A stretch of 64,000 nt of DNA from Nitrospinaceae bacterium (GTDB lineage: Bacteria; Nitrospinota; Nitrospinia; Nitrospinales; VA-1), in NCBI GenBank assembly GCA_021604505.1, contig BQJC01000004.1, forward strand, positions 88,117 to 152,116. Direction: 5' to 3'. Shown one piece after another: positions 46,583 to 55,507 of this stretch. Under the pieces are notes generated by a model. It saw only the letters and a list, made by a program, of their open reading frames with translations. It made no database searches and had not been told where the DNA came from. Position 1 is the stretch's first letter. Each line of letters begins with the position of its first letter. The translations under genes were made by a program, and so were the position numbers.

Positions 46583-47653
46583 ATGTATTTGAACACAAAA
46601 GACGAGAACACCCTTTGCAAAATCAATTACCCCGAAATAGAAAAAGAATTTAAGGAACTGATAAACCTTGAAAACCTGGACCAGAGAATCGCCGAGGAGC
46701 CTGCCCGGGTCGAATCTTTTGAAGAAGACCTCGACGAGATCCTTTCCGAAGCGTTCGACGACGAGGCGCATGATTCTTCCTCGGCCCACCTGTTTATTCA
46801 CCGGATTCTATATCGGATCAACCGCCTGAAACTGTTCTGGTACGACGATCTGAGCAATTATGCCAATGAAAATTCCCAGTATCTTTTTAAAGTCCGCAAT
46901 CAAATCGAGTCTGTATGGCAGGATTGGGAGAAAAATCATCTCAAAATGGCATATCTTTCCTCTGCCAAGGTAAAAAGCGGATTGAGGGAACAGATTGCAA
47001 GAGACTTGCACCCGGAACCGTCCGAGGATGGTTTATATTTTCGCAACGAAATGACTCTGCAGGGATATTGCAGGCTTTTGGCCATCGCTTCTCTGGATGG
47101 ATTGGTGGAAGCGAGTCAACTGTCCAGAATGCTAGGGGGGGCGAGCAATGAAGTTCAATCTATGCTCACGCGAATATTTTTGGAGGAGTATGGAGGGGGC
47201 CGTTTACAGCGCAAGCACTCCTCCTATTTTTCCAACATGCTGGAAGGGCTCGGCATGAATACCCAGCCGGAAGCCTATTTTGACCGGGTGCCCTGGGAGG
47301 TTCTCGCCAATATCAATCACAGTTTTTTCCTCAGCGAAGGCAACCGCCATTTTTTGCGCTACGCGGGAAGCCTGCTCTATACCGAAGTTTCCGTTCCCGC
47401 GTCCTTTGATAATTTCCGTCTGGCCGGAGAGCGCCTCGGTTTGGGCGAAGACGCCATCACCTATTGGGATCTGCATATCAAAGAGGACATCAGGCACGGT
47501 CAATGGATGCTGGATGACGTGGCGCTCCCCCTGGCCGAACGCTACCCGGAAGAAGCCTGGGAAATCCTTTGGGGATATGAGCAACAGCGGTTTTTCAGTA
47601 CCCGGGCAAGCCGGGCCACGGCACGAGCCGTTCAGGAAGCTGAAGCTTCCTGA
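46583..47653 (+). CDS. Iron-containing redox enzyme family protein (heme-oxygenase-like di-iron fold)
   Basis: FLEEYGGGRLQRKHSSYF and HIKEDIRHGQW resemble the paired E...H metal-ligand helices of the CADD/PqqC-like heme-oxygenase-like di-iron oxidase family. 356 aa. Confidence 0.6.
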   Translation: MYLNTKDENTLCKINYPEIEKEFKELINLENLDQRIAEEPARVESFEEDLDEILSEAFDDEAHDSSSAHLFIHRILYRINRLKLFWYDDLSNYANENSQYLFKVRNQIESVWQDWEKNHLKMAYLSSAKVKSGLREQIARDLHPEPSEDGLYFRNEMTLQGYCRLLAIASLDGLVEASQLSRMLGGASNEVQSMLTRIFLEEYGGGRLQRKHSSYFSNMLEGLGMNTQPEAYFDRVPWEVLANINHSFFLSEGNRHFLRYAGSLLYTEVSVPASFDNFRLAGERLGLGEDAITYWDLHIKEDIRHGQWMLDDVALPLAERYPEEAWEILWGYEQQRFFSTRASRATARAVQEAEAS

Positions 47654-47679
47654 AATCCGGCAGGCGCAGAGGAGAGTTC

Positions 47680-48462
47680 TTGCAGTCACGGGAAAACATC
47701 CTGGTCATCACAGGCGAGGAGTTGCGCCATCAATATTTTGCCAATCAAATAAATGCCCATTTCCCTCTGGCCGCTATTTTCACCGAGGCTTCGCATTATC
47801 CTGCCCCCCCGGCAGGTTCCGAAGAAGAAAGCGGCGCCTGGGATTGGTTTTTTACCCGGCGCGCCCAATATGAAAACCGGGTGTTTGGAACCGCCAGTCA
47901 GCTTCCAACGGTTAACCCCCCTCCCCTCATACGAATTCAAAAAGGGAAATTGAATTCACCGGAAACCGCCGAGGCTATAAAAAAATGCCATCCGGGCTTC
48001 ATCGCCATTTTTGGAACCGGGATGTTGGAAGATAAAATTCTGGCGCTTTTTCCGGAACGAATCTTCAACCTTCATGTGGGACTGCCTGACTTCTACAGAG
48101 GGTCTTCTTGTAATTTCTGGCCCATTTATGAAGGGCGGTTGGAGAAACTTGGCGCGGCGGTCCATTCAACCAGCCGGGGAATCGACACCGGGAAAATCGC
48201 CGCCCAGACAACCATCGAACTGGATTCCAACGACGATGAACAGACCTTAATGGGCAAAACACTGTTTGCTGGAGTGAAGTTAATGATTTCCACGATTCAC
48301 AATTGGAGAAAAGATACCTTGCACCTTTCCCACCTTGCATCCCCTGGAAACTTGTATGTAAGAAAAGACTTTACTCCCCGCGCGGTTTTACGTGTCAGGA
48401 AGATGGTCGAATCGGGGGAATTAAAACATCTAATTCAAAAAACTCAAAGGGACAACCACTAA
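47680..48462 (+). CDS. Formyltransferase-family protein (catalytic N-domain only)
   Basis: IFNLHVGLPDFYRGSSCNFWPI (the N/H of the formyltransferase triad) and VHSTSRGIDTGKIAAQ (the Asp). TTG start preceded by GGAGAG. Confidence 0.65.
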   Translation: MQSRENILVITGEELRHQYFANQINAHFPLAAIFTEASHYPAPPAGSEEESGAWDWFFTRRAQYENRVFGTASQLPTVNPPPLIRIQKGKLNSPETAEAIKKCHPGFIAIFGTGMLEDKILALFPERIFNLHVGLPDFYRGSSCNFWPIYEGRLEKLGAAVHSTSRGIDTGKIAAQTTIELDSNDDEQTLMGKTLFAGVKLMISTIHNWRKDTLHLSHLASPGNLYVRKDFTPRAVLRVRKMVESGELKHLIQKTQRDNH

Positions 48463-49490
48463 TTGCGGACCAGCCGAATGCTTAAAGTTGGGCTATTGTA
48501 ACCTTTCAATTCAGTCACGCCATAACCCCCCATAAAAAAGAAATAGCGCGCGGATTCCATTCCCATTTCCTCATTGGACCAGAACCCATACCCGCCTCCG
48601 CTTTCAAAAGCTTCCGGGTTGCCGAGAAGAAATTTCTCTTTTTGATCGTAAGCCTGCTGTTTGCCATTTTCATTATAGATCGCCTGATAGTCTTCGATAG
48701 TGGGAGCACGCCAATCGGTATATCCCCCATAACGTTGCTCGTTAATCTTTTCCACCCACGACATCGCTTCCTGCCAGTCTTTAGGCTGCCGCTTCTCAAT
48801 GATCCTGAAGTCACGGGTCATCCACACTAAATCGGTTTTAGTGTCCTTCGCCGTTCCGTTATCATACTTCACCCAGTGTCCCATTTTTTGGCTGGTGCTT
48901 TCCAGCTTCACATTTCTCGCCCAACTGGAGTAAGCTTCAAACGTCCCAAATCCCAAAGCCATGATCACCATGGCCAAAACCAGTTTCTTTTTAATTTGCA
49001 TCAATCCTTGAACTTGATTATCTAAATTCTGCGTTTGCGCCTCCAACTCCGCCTTTTCTGTGAGTATTTTTTCATGCTCCCCGAGCTGAGCCTTTAATTT
49101 AAGAATACGGTCATTCTCACCAACGCCCTCTTGAATGGCTCGAGTCAGAATCTTAAAATCCAACGGCTTTTTGACAAAGCGGAAAACCTCCCCGGTATTG
49201 ACCACATCCTCAATGAGCTTGGCGTCGGTACCGGCAGTCATTAAGATTCTAACGGTATCGGGCGCCAGTCCTTTCAATTTTTCGAAAAATTCCGTCCCCC
49301 GCATGGTCGACAGTTTGTTTTCGCACACCACCACTGCCATGGGTCCCTTATCATCGATAACTTCCAAAGCTTCATCAGGATCGGAAGAAACCAATAACTG
49401 GTAATTCTCACGGGCCAGCAGTTTTTTGGCCGTCACCACGACCTTGTTGTCGCCATCCAGAAACATTACTTTTTTATTGATAGATGCCAT
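48459..49490 (-). CDS. Response-regulator receiver, coiled coil, TM helix, then an extracytoplasmic DUF1566-like domain
   Basis: Receiver (KVMFLDGDN...VVCENKL...). TM helix LVLAMVIMALGFGTFEAY. The C-terminal DLVWMTRDF...YTDWRAPTIEDYQAIY resembles the Lcl C-terminal/DUF1566 motif. Confidence 0.7.
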   Translation of the reverse strand: MASINKKVMFLDGDNKVVVTAKKLLARENYQLLVSSDPDEALEVIDDKGPMAVVVCENKLSTMRGTEFFEKLKGLAPDTVRILMTAGTDAKLIEDVVNTGEVFRFVKKPLDFKILTRAIQEGVGENDRILKLKAQLGEHEKILTEKAELEAQTQNLDNQVQGLMQIKKKLVLAMVIMALGFGTFEAYSSWARNVKLESTSQKMGHWVKYDNGTAKDTKTDLVWMTRDFRIIEKRQPKDWQEAMSWVEKINEQRYGGYTDWRAPTIEDYQAIYNENGKQQAYDQKEKFLLGNPEAFESGGGYGFWSNEEMGMESARYFFFMGGYGVTELKGYNSPTLSIRLVRN

Positions 49491-49708
49491 GATCTCTCAG
49501 TGTTTTCAGGCAAAAAAACTTTTCAACCGTCCACCACCGGACGGTGCGCACCAGAGCAACCCGGCCCAAACGAATTCGGGTTGTACCCAAAGGATAGCCC
49601 GTTTCGCAGGGCCTGTAAATACATAAGTCCTTATAAATCAATAGGAAATGTGGAATTCGATTGAAAAACCGCAGGTTGGATTGAGAAAAAAACAGGGGAT
49701 GTTTAGGG

Positions 49709-51994
49709 CTATTGCGGTTGTTTTACAGTCAGGGTGTTTATTTGTTTTAAAAGATCCGTCCGGGAGTAATTTCCCTTTTGAAAAATGCAGTCCACTTCTT
49801 TCTTAAGTTCTTTCAACTCTTCGCTCGAAAGCTCTTTGGCCGTGATAACGATGATTGGAATATGCTGCCATCGAACATTTTGACTTATTTCGGCAAGCAA
49901 ATCGTACCCGTTAAAATCCGGCAGAATCAAATCCAGAATGAGCAACCCAGGATTCTCCGTTTCCATCATATTTCGGGCCACATTACCATCGACCGCTTCT
50001 AACACCTGAAACCCTTCCCGCCTTAAAACACGGCATAAAGCGCCCCGGTTGGTCGCATCGTCTTCCACCACCAGGATCGGGAGAGAAGCGGATTTCGCCA
50101 CTGCCTTCACAGCCTCCAAAAACCGAACCCAATCCACTGGTTTGGTGATTATGTCCACGGCACCCGACCGGATGGCCCTTTCTTTTTCATTCTCAACCGT
50201 GAGCAGGATGACAGGAGTCTGGGCAAGAAAAGGGTCCTTCTTTATTTCCGACAGCGCCATCCAGCCATTTGTTTCAGGCATCATCACATCCAGAGTGATG
50301 ATGTCGGGCTGAATTTCCCGGGCCAAACGCAGGCCTTCCGTTGCATTGGAGGCCGTGGTGACGGCAAACCCTTCCTGTTCCATAATCTTCCGAATGAGAT
50401 CCAAAGTACCCGGATCATCGTCGATCGCCAGCAGGGTCTCTACTTTTTGATCTGAAGAAGGTGTGGCATCCACCTTTTGCAGTTCAAACGATGGGGTTGG
50501 AGAAACTTTCGATTCTTCTAAAAGGGCCGGATCTCCAGCAGGTTCAGAAGGCGGAGCGTCCTCAACCTTCGGGCCTGGAACAGAACCCGGCTCACTGGCA
50601 TCCGCCGGCAACCTGACGCAAAAAATGGTTCCCTCGCCCAGTGCACTTTTTACGGAAATGTCCCCCCCCAATATCTGACAAAGGCGGCGGCTGATGGACA
50701 ACCCCAAGCCGGTGCCGCCGTATTTCCGGACGGCTGAACTTTCAGCCTGAGTGAATTCCTCGAACAATTTTGGGATCATTTCGGGACTCATTCCGATTCC
50801 TGTATCGGCAATGGAAAACGTCCACCATTCGAATTTATCACGTGTCTCACTGCTCACTTTAAGAGAAACGGAGCCATCTTCGGTAAACTTGCAGGCGTTG
50901 CTGAGCAGATTCAAAAGCACTTGCCGAACCCTTCCCGGATCGGAAAACATCGTCTTCGCCTGCCCCTGACTGGTGACGGAAATGGTATTGCGGTTTTTTC
51001 GGGCCAGCGGACGTATGGTCGCCATCACATCTTCCACCAGACTCAGCACCTTGAAATCTTCCAGATTGACATCCATTTTTCCAGCCTGAATTTTTGAATA
51101 GTCGAGGATATCGTTGAACAGTTCCAGCAAATGCCGCCCGGAAACCTCTATGGACCGGAGATCTTCGACAATGTCCGGGCGGTCAAATTTTTTGGTCTCG
51201 TATTGAAGGATCTCACAGTAACCCAGAATGGCATTTAAAGGAGTGCGAAACTCGTGGCTGATATTGGCGATGAATTCGCTTTTTACGCGTGCGGCCCGCT
51301 CGGCTTCCTCCTTGGCAACCACCAGGGATTCCTCGGCCAGCCGCCGGTAGGCGATTTCCTGCTTGAGTTCGTGGGTCTGTTCTTCCAGGGCCTGGGTTCG
51401 CTTGTGAACAATTTCCTCCAGGTTTTTATTCTGGTCGGAAATCAGCTTGTTGAGAGCGACCCCCTCAACTGCGTAGGAAGTATTCTGCAATATAATGGAG
51501 AGCGGGTATAATACGGTTTCCTGAATATCCTTTTGCTCCTCGGTCAGGATTCCGGCAAACATCCCTCTCACTTTGGATTTGGTCGCTAAAACGTGCAGAA
51601 TTAATGTCTTGCCGTACCTCTTCGACTGGACCACCACCGGCCGGTTCTGACTGACCGCCCAGGCAAAACTGCCATTTTCAATCTGGTCTTCGATCTCTTT
51701 CTGAATCCCGGATTTTTCGTTCTCAGGGCTCACCTCAGCCAACTCAAAATCGGAACGTTCTTCGGGAACCAGAAAAAACGACATGACCTGAAAGTTCAAC
51801 AATTTTTTTAAATGTTCTTCGCACAGTTTAAGAATCCGGGGGGTGTCACATTCCATGGCGGCATCGTGCTGAAGCTCATCCAGAGAAGCCAGCAGTCCCA
51901 GACCATAAAGATTCGAGCGGGCCAGATTTTCGAGGTATCCAATGCGGACCTCCCGTTTGTCGCTATATTCCCCAGATTCCCGTTTCTCGCCCAT
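49709..51994 (-). CDS. Hybrid sensor histidine kinase (GAF-like, HisKA, HATPase, 2x receiver)
   Basis: H-box FIANISHEFRTPLNAI, N/G boxes (LLSNACKFT, GGTGLGLSISRRL), and two receiver domains (LLAIDDDPG... and ILVVEDDATN...). Confidence 0.85.
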   Translation of the reverse strand: MGEKRESGEYSDKREVRIGYLENLARSNLYGLGLLASLDELQHDAAMECDTPRILKLCEEHLKKLLNFQVMSFFLVPEERSDFELAEVSPENEKSGIQKEIEDQIENGSFAWAVSQNRPVVVQSKRYGKTLILHVLATKSKVRGMFAGILTEEQKDIQETVLYPLSIILQNTSYAVEGVALNKLISDQNKNLEEIVHKRTQALEEQTHELKQEIAYRRLAEESLVVAKEEAERAARVKSEFIANISHEFRTPLNAILGYCEILQYETKKFDRPDIVEDLRSIEVSGRHLLELFNDILDYSKIQAGKMDVNLEDFKVLSLVEDVMATIRPLARKNRNTISVTSQGQAKTMFSDPGRVRQVLLNLLSNACKFTEDGSVSLKVSSETRDKFEWWTFSIADTGIGMSPEMIPKLFEEFTQAESSAVRKYGGTGLGLSISRRLCQILGGDISVKSALGEGTIFCVRLPADASEPGSVPGPKVEDAPPSEPAGDPALLEESKVSPTPSFELQKVDATPSSDQKVETLLAIDDDPGTLDLIRKIMEQEGFAVTTASNATEGLRLAREIQPDIITLDVMMPETNGWMALSEIKKDPFLAQTPVILLTVENEKERAIRSGAVDIITKPVDWVRFLEAVKAVAKSASLPILVVEDDATNRGALCRVLRREGFQVLEAVDGNVARNMMETENPGLLILDLILPDFNGYDLLAEISQNVRWQHIPIIVITAKELSSEELKELKKEVDCIFQKGNYSRTDLLKQINTLTVKQPQ

Positions 51995-52003
51995 AAACCA
52001 TCC

Positions 52004-52849
52004 CTATAAAAAAACTTCTACTAAATCACCCACCTGACGATCCACCTGAGTCACGATGGAAGACAACATACTGGGCTGCATTCCAAGAATATCCCAGGCC
52101 TTGCCATCCAGGGGAGGAACAAAACGCTCCCCACTGCTTCCCTGTTCCATGGTTTGAGCCACGATATCTCCGACATGGACGACCGCCGCCTCAAACGGAA
52201 AGTTCGGAGCATTTGACGGGCTGTGATGATATCGAACCCCCTGGACCAACCGGTCAGGAAGATACCATTTCTTTAACAATTCAGCCCCCACGTCAGCGTG
52301 ATCCCATCCCAAAACCTTGCATTCCGCTTCATGCAAAAGCCCTTCATCCTTGTTCAATTCCAGTACCCGGTTCATGTCTTCCGGAACAGCAAGGAATAAA
52401 AGCAAGCGTCCTAAATCGTGAAGCAGGCCGAGAACATAAAACCGCTCCGGGTTGGGTTTTTTCAAGAAAGTGCCGATCACCTGTCCCGCCAGGCCCACCG
52501 CAATACTGTGATGCCAGAACGATTTCATATTGACGGCGTCTCTTGGAATCCCCTTAAAATTGTTGATGATGGCCGTCGCCAGGGCCAGATCCCGCAGCTG
52601 CACCATGCCCACAATGGTCACCGCATGGGTGATCGTTTCGACCTTGGAGGAGAACCCGAAAAAGGAGCTGTTGACAATTTTAAGCAAACGGGCGCAAAGG
52701 GCAGAATCCTTGCTGATGATTTCACCGATTTCAGAAAAGGAACATTCTGGGTCCTCCACCGCCTCGTTGATTTGATAAAAAATTGTTGGCAAAGACCCCA
52801 GTTGCACCGTACTGTCCACGAGACTCACAATGTCCTGAGTAGTATCCAT
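52004..52849 (-). CDS. HDOD domain protein
   Basis: LPTIFYQINEAV...LCARLLKIVNSSFFG, and GLLHDLGRLLL typical of HDOD. Start moved to the ATG at 52849, which has a GGAGGGAG RBS. Confidence 0.8.
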   Translation of the reverse strand: MDTTQDIVSLVDSTVQLGSLPTIFYQINEAVEDPECSFSEIGEIISKDSALCARLLKIVNSSFFGFSSKVETITHAVTIVGMVQLRDLALATAIINNFKGIPRDAVNMKSFWHHSIAVGLAGQVIGTFLKKPNPERFYVLGLLHDLGRLLLFLAVPEDMNRVLELNKDEGLLHEAECKVLGWDHADVGAELLKKWYLPDRLVQGVRYHHSPSNAPNFPFEAAVVHVGDIVAQTMEQGSSGERFVPPLDGKAWDILGMQPSMLSSIVTQVDRQVGDLVEVFL

Positions 52850-52857
52850 ACTCCCTC

Positions 52858-53190
52858 CTAAACGGGCTCCATTTTTCTCAAAGCGCACAATTCCATTAGT
52901 TCCGCTACGGCGGGATGTTGCTTGTCAGCATATCGGAACAATTCCTCTACATGCTTTCTCACTTCAGTGGGAACCTTCTCCCAAAAGTTTTCGGGAACAT
53001 TCCCTTCGGTTTTCCCAGGCCCATTGCTGCCCTCGACCCCGGCCTCGGTCACTCCCCAGGCTTTAAACATTCGAAGATGCTTGCCGGTAATGTTCTCACC
53101 GGCGGATACGATCAAACGCCCGTTCCGATCCAGGACATCCCGGGCAAGGGTCATCCCCTCTTCTAAATCTCTAATTTTTATAGTGGCCAT
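52858..53190 (-). CDS. Small hypothetical protein resembling the N-terminal module of HD-GYP regulators
   Basis: IKIRDLEEGMTLARDVLDRNGRLIVSAGENITGKHL recalls the DUF3391-type N-termini. 110 aa. First gene of the signalling operon. Confidence 0.45.
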   Translation of the reverse strand: MATIKIRDLEEGMTLARDVLDRNGRLIVSAGENITGKHLRMFKAWGVTEAGVEGSNGPGKTEGNVPENFWEKVPTEVRKHVEELFRYADKQHPAVAELMELCALRKMEPV

Positions 53191-53397
53191 AGAATTATCA
53201 ATCCGGTAAAGATCAAGCTGCCTTCAAACACACTAATATAAATGATATCAATATATTAAGGGAAACTCGACCCTTTTGTTGCGAGCCGACCCAAAACCAA
53301 TTTAAAATTATATTTACAGTACAGGTGATAGATGGCAATATATACCCCTGAATTTCCCCAGCTTAAATGGGAATGCCTATTGGACTCTGGTTTGGTT

Positions 53398-53982
53398 ATG
53401 AAATCCTATCGACCGTTCAAGATTTTTACTTTAGTATCCCTCCTCCTATATTTCTCAGGGTGTTCTCAGATGCATTCCGTCACCATCAACCCGGCCCTGC
53501 CAGTGAGTCGATCGGATATAGGGCGGAACATCGTCTTGAACGTGAAGGTCATCGATTCACGCCCCAGCAATCTCATTTCGAACTGGAAGGGAAAACTTAA
53601 CTTTAGAAGTTTTAGAATCGCTCCCGATGAAGACCTTACCGCCGTCTTGCAAAACAAAATTGAAAACGGCTTGCAAAACCTGGGGTTTGTCCCCAAACGC
53701 AATCCCGTAAAGCAAACGCCGGCTTTAACGGTCGAAATCCTCCGGTTAAAAAGCGTTTACCACAAAAAAAGTCCCAACCTGGGTTTAAAAGTCGAATCGG
53801 TTTTGCGGGCCAGGTGCCAAAACATAAACCAAACCTATAAAATGGACTACAAGGAGCGGTTGACCCGGAATCCCATTATCCCCACATCGTTTCCCAATGA
53901 AACCCTGGTCAATGCTTCCCTTTCAGGGTCCTTAAAGAAAATGTTTTCCGACAAACAGCTCCTCCATTGCCTGGCCAGATGA
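53398..53982 (+). CDS. Putative lipoprotein (possibly YajG-like)
   Basis: MKSYRPFKIFTLVSLLLYFSGCS lipobox. About 194 aa. The family assignment is tentative. Confidence 0.55.
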   Translation: MKSYRPFKIFTLVSLLLYFSGCSQMHSVTINPALPVSRSDIGRNIVLNVKVIDSRPSNLISNWKGKLNFRSFRIAPDEDLTAVLQNKIENGLQNLGFVPKRNPVKQTPALTVEILRLKSVYHKKSPNLGLKVESVLRARCQNINQTYKMDYKERLTRNPIIPTSFPNETLVNASLSGSLKKMFSDKQLLHCLAR

Positions 53983-54247
53983 TTCAAAAACCTTCTATGA
54001 CGTCCATTTTGGCACTCCTGGAAAAACCAGCGCCCTCAGGGTTTAGCACTCAAAAGATTCCCCAGCCTTCTAATTACTTGAAGGTGCGGCAAAAATTTAC
54101 TATTGTTTGCTAGCGATTAAAAAAATAACCTGAACCAATCGCTTTTGGTCAAAATGATACGGAGGTTTTATTCAATGAACTAGGAATCGGATTTCCCGTA
54201 ACCGCGCGAATCCCCCCATCCGTTCCGATCGCAGGAGGAAAAGTATA

Positions 54248-55483
54248 ATGGACAAGGAAATAGTTGCACTCAGCAACAGCGGCGATGTGCTGTTCATGAT
54301 GCTGGGGGCGGTCATGGTTTTTGCCATGCACGGTGGGTTTGCATTTCTTGAAGTTGGAACGGTCCGCAAAAAAAATCAGGTGAACGCCCTGGTGAAAATA
54401 CTTTCTGATTTCGCCATATGCACCATTATTTATTTCACCATCGGTTATGCAATCGCTTACGGAGTTTCTTTTTATCAATCCGCACCCGATCTGGTGGGAA
54501 ACAACCAGGGGTACGAGCTGGTTCACTTTTTCTTTTTACTCACCTTTGCGGCGGCAATTCCGGCGATCATTTCCGGAGGAATCGCCGAACGCGCCAAATT
54601 CTGGACCCAGGCCCTGGCCGCAGGCATTTTCGTGGCCTTCGTCTATCCGTTCTTTGAGGGAATGGTCTGGGGACAAATCACCTTGCTAGGCCAGGACGAC
54701 TCCTGGCTTGCGGGAATATCCGGTGGCATCCCTTTCCACGATTATGCAGGGTCAGTGGTGGTGCATTCAGTGGGCGGCTGGATCGCTCTGGCGGCGGTCC
54801 TCGTTCTGGGGCCACGGATAGGACGCTGGGATTCCAATGGAAGAAGCCGGCCCCTTCCCATCAGCAGTGTGCCTTTCATGGCCCTAGGAAGCTGGATGCT
54901 TTGCATCGGATGGTTTGGATTCAACGTCATGTCAGCCGCTACAATGGATGGGATTACCGGTCTTGTGGCAATCAATTCCTTATTCGCCATGGCGGGAGGA
55001 ATCCTGGTTGCTTTGGTGGTATCGAAAAACGATCCCGGTTTTATTCACAACGGAGCTCTGGCGGGCCTGGTTGCCATTTGCGCCGGATCGGATAAGGTCC
55101 ATCCCCTGGGCGCCTTTATCATAGGCGGAATTGCCGCTGTTATCTTTGTGAAGGGGTTCACCTGGGAACAGGAAAAACTGAAGATCGACGATGTGCTGGG
55201 AGTCTGGCCCTTACACGGCATCTCCGGCACCTGGGGCGGGATCGCCTGCGGCATCTTTGGGCAAGAAGCTTTAGGCGGCATGGGCGGTGTCAGCCTGGTC
55301 GCCCAAACGGTCGGTTCGCTGGTCGCCATCGTCATTTCCCTGGGGTTTGGATTCGCGGTTTACAAAGTTCTGGATGCCTCTTTTGGAATCCGGCTTTCCC
55401 CTGAAGAAGAAATGCGGGGTTCCGACCTCACCATTCACAAACTGGAGGCTAACCCTGAGGACATCTCGGCGCGGTTCATGTAA
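54248..55483 (+). CDS. amt: Ammonium transporter
   Basis: 411 aa, about 11 TM helices. Motifs DFAGSVVVH-like (HDYAGSVVVHSVGG), AGLVAICAGS and VWPLHGISGTWGG. Confidence 0.9.
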   Translation: MDKEIVALSNSGDVLFMMLGAVMVFAMHGGFAFLEVGTVRKKNQVNALVKILSDFAICTIIYFTIGYAIAYGVSFYQSAPDLVGNNQGYELVHFFFLLTFAAAIPAIISGGIAERAKFWTQALAAGIFVAFVYPFFEGMVWGQITLLGQDDSWLAGISGGIPFHDYAGSVVVHSVGGWIALAAVLVLGPRIGRWDSNGRSRPLPISSVPFMALGSWMLCIGWFGFNVMSAATMDGITGLVAINSLFAMAGGILVALVVSKNDPGFIHNGALAGLVAICAGSDKVHPLGAFIIGGIAAVIFVKGFTWEQEKLKIDDVLGVWPLHGISGTWGGIACGIFGQEALGGMGGVSLVAQTVGSLVAIVISLGFGFAVYKVLDASFGIRLSPEEEMRGSDLTIHKLEANPEDISARFM

Positions 55484-55507
55484 CGCATCTCTTAAAGAGG
55501 TAGGACC

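Noticed and set aside
54010-54015. TGGCAC upstream of amt as a possible sigma54 (-24) element for NtrC-type control.
   Set aside because: The required GC (-12 TTGC) element is absent at the correct spacing; the sequence reads TGGCACtcctgGAAA.
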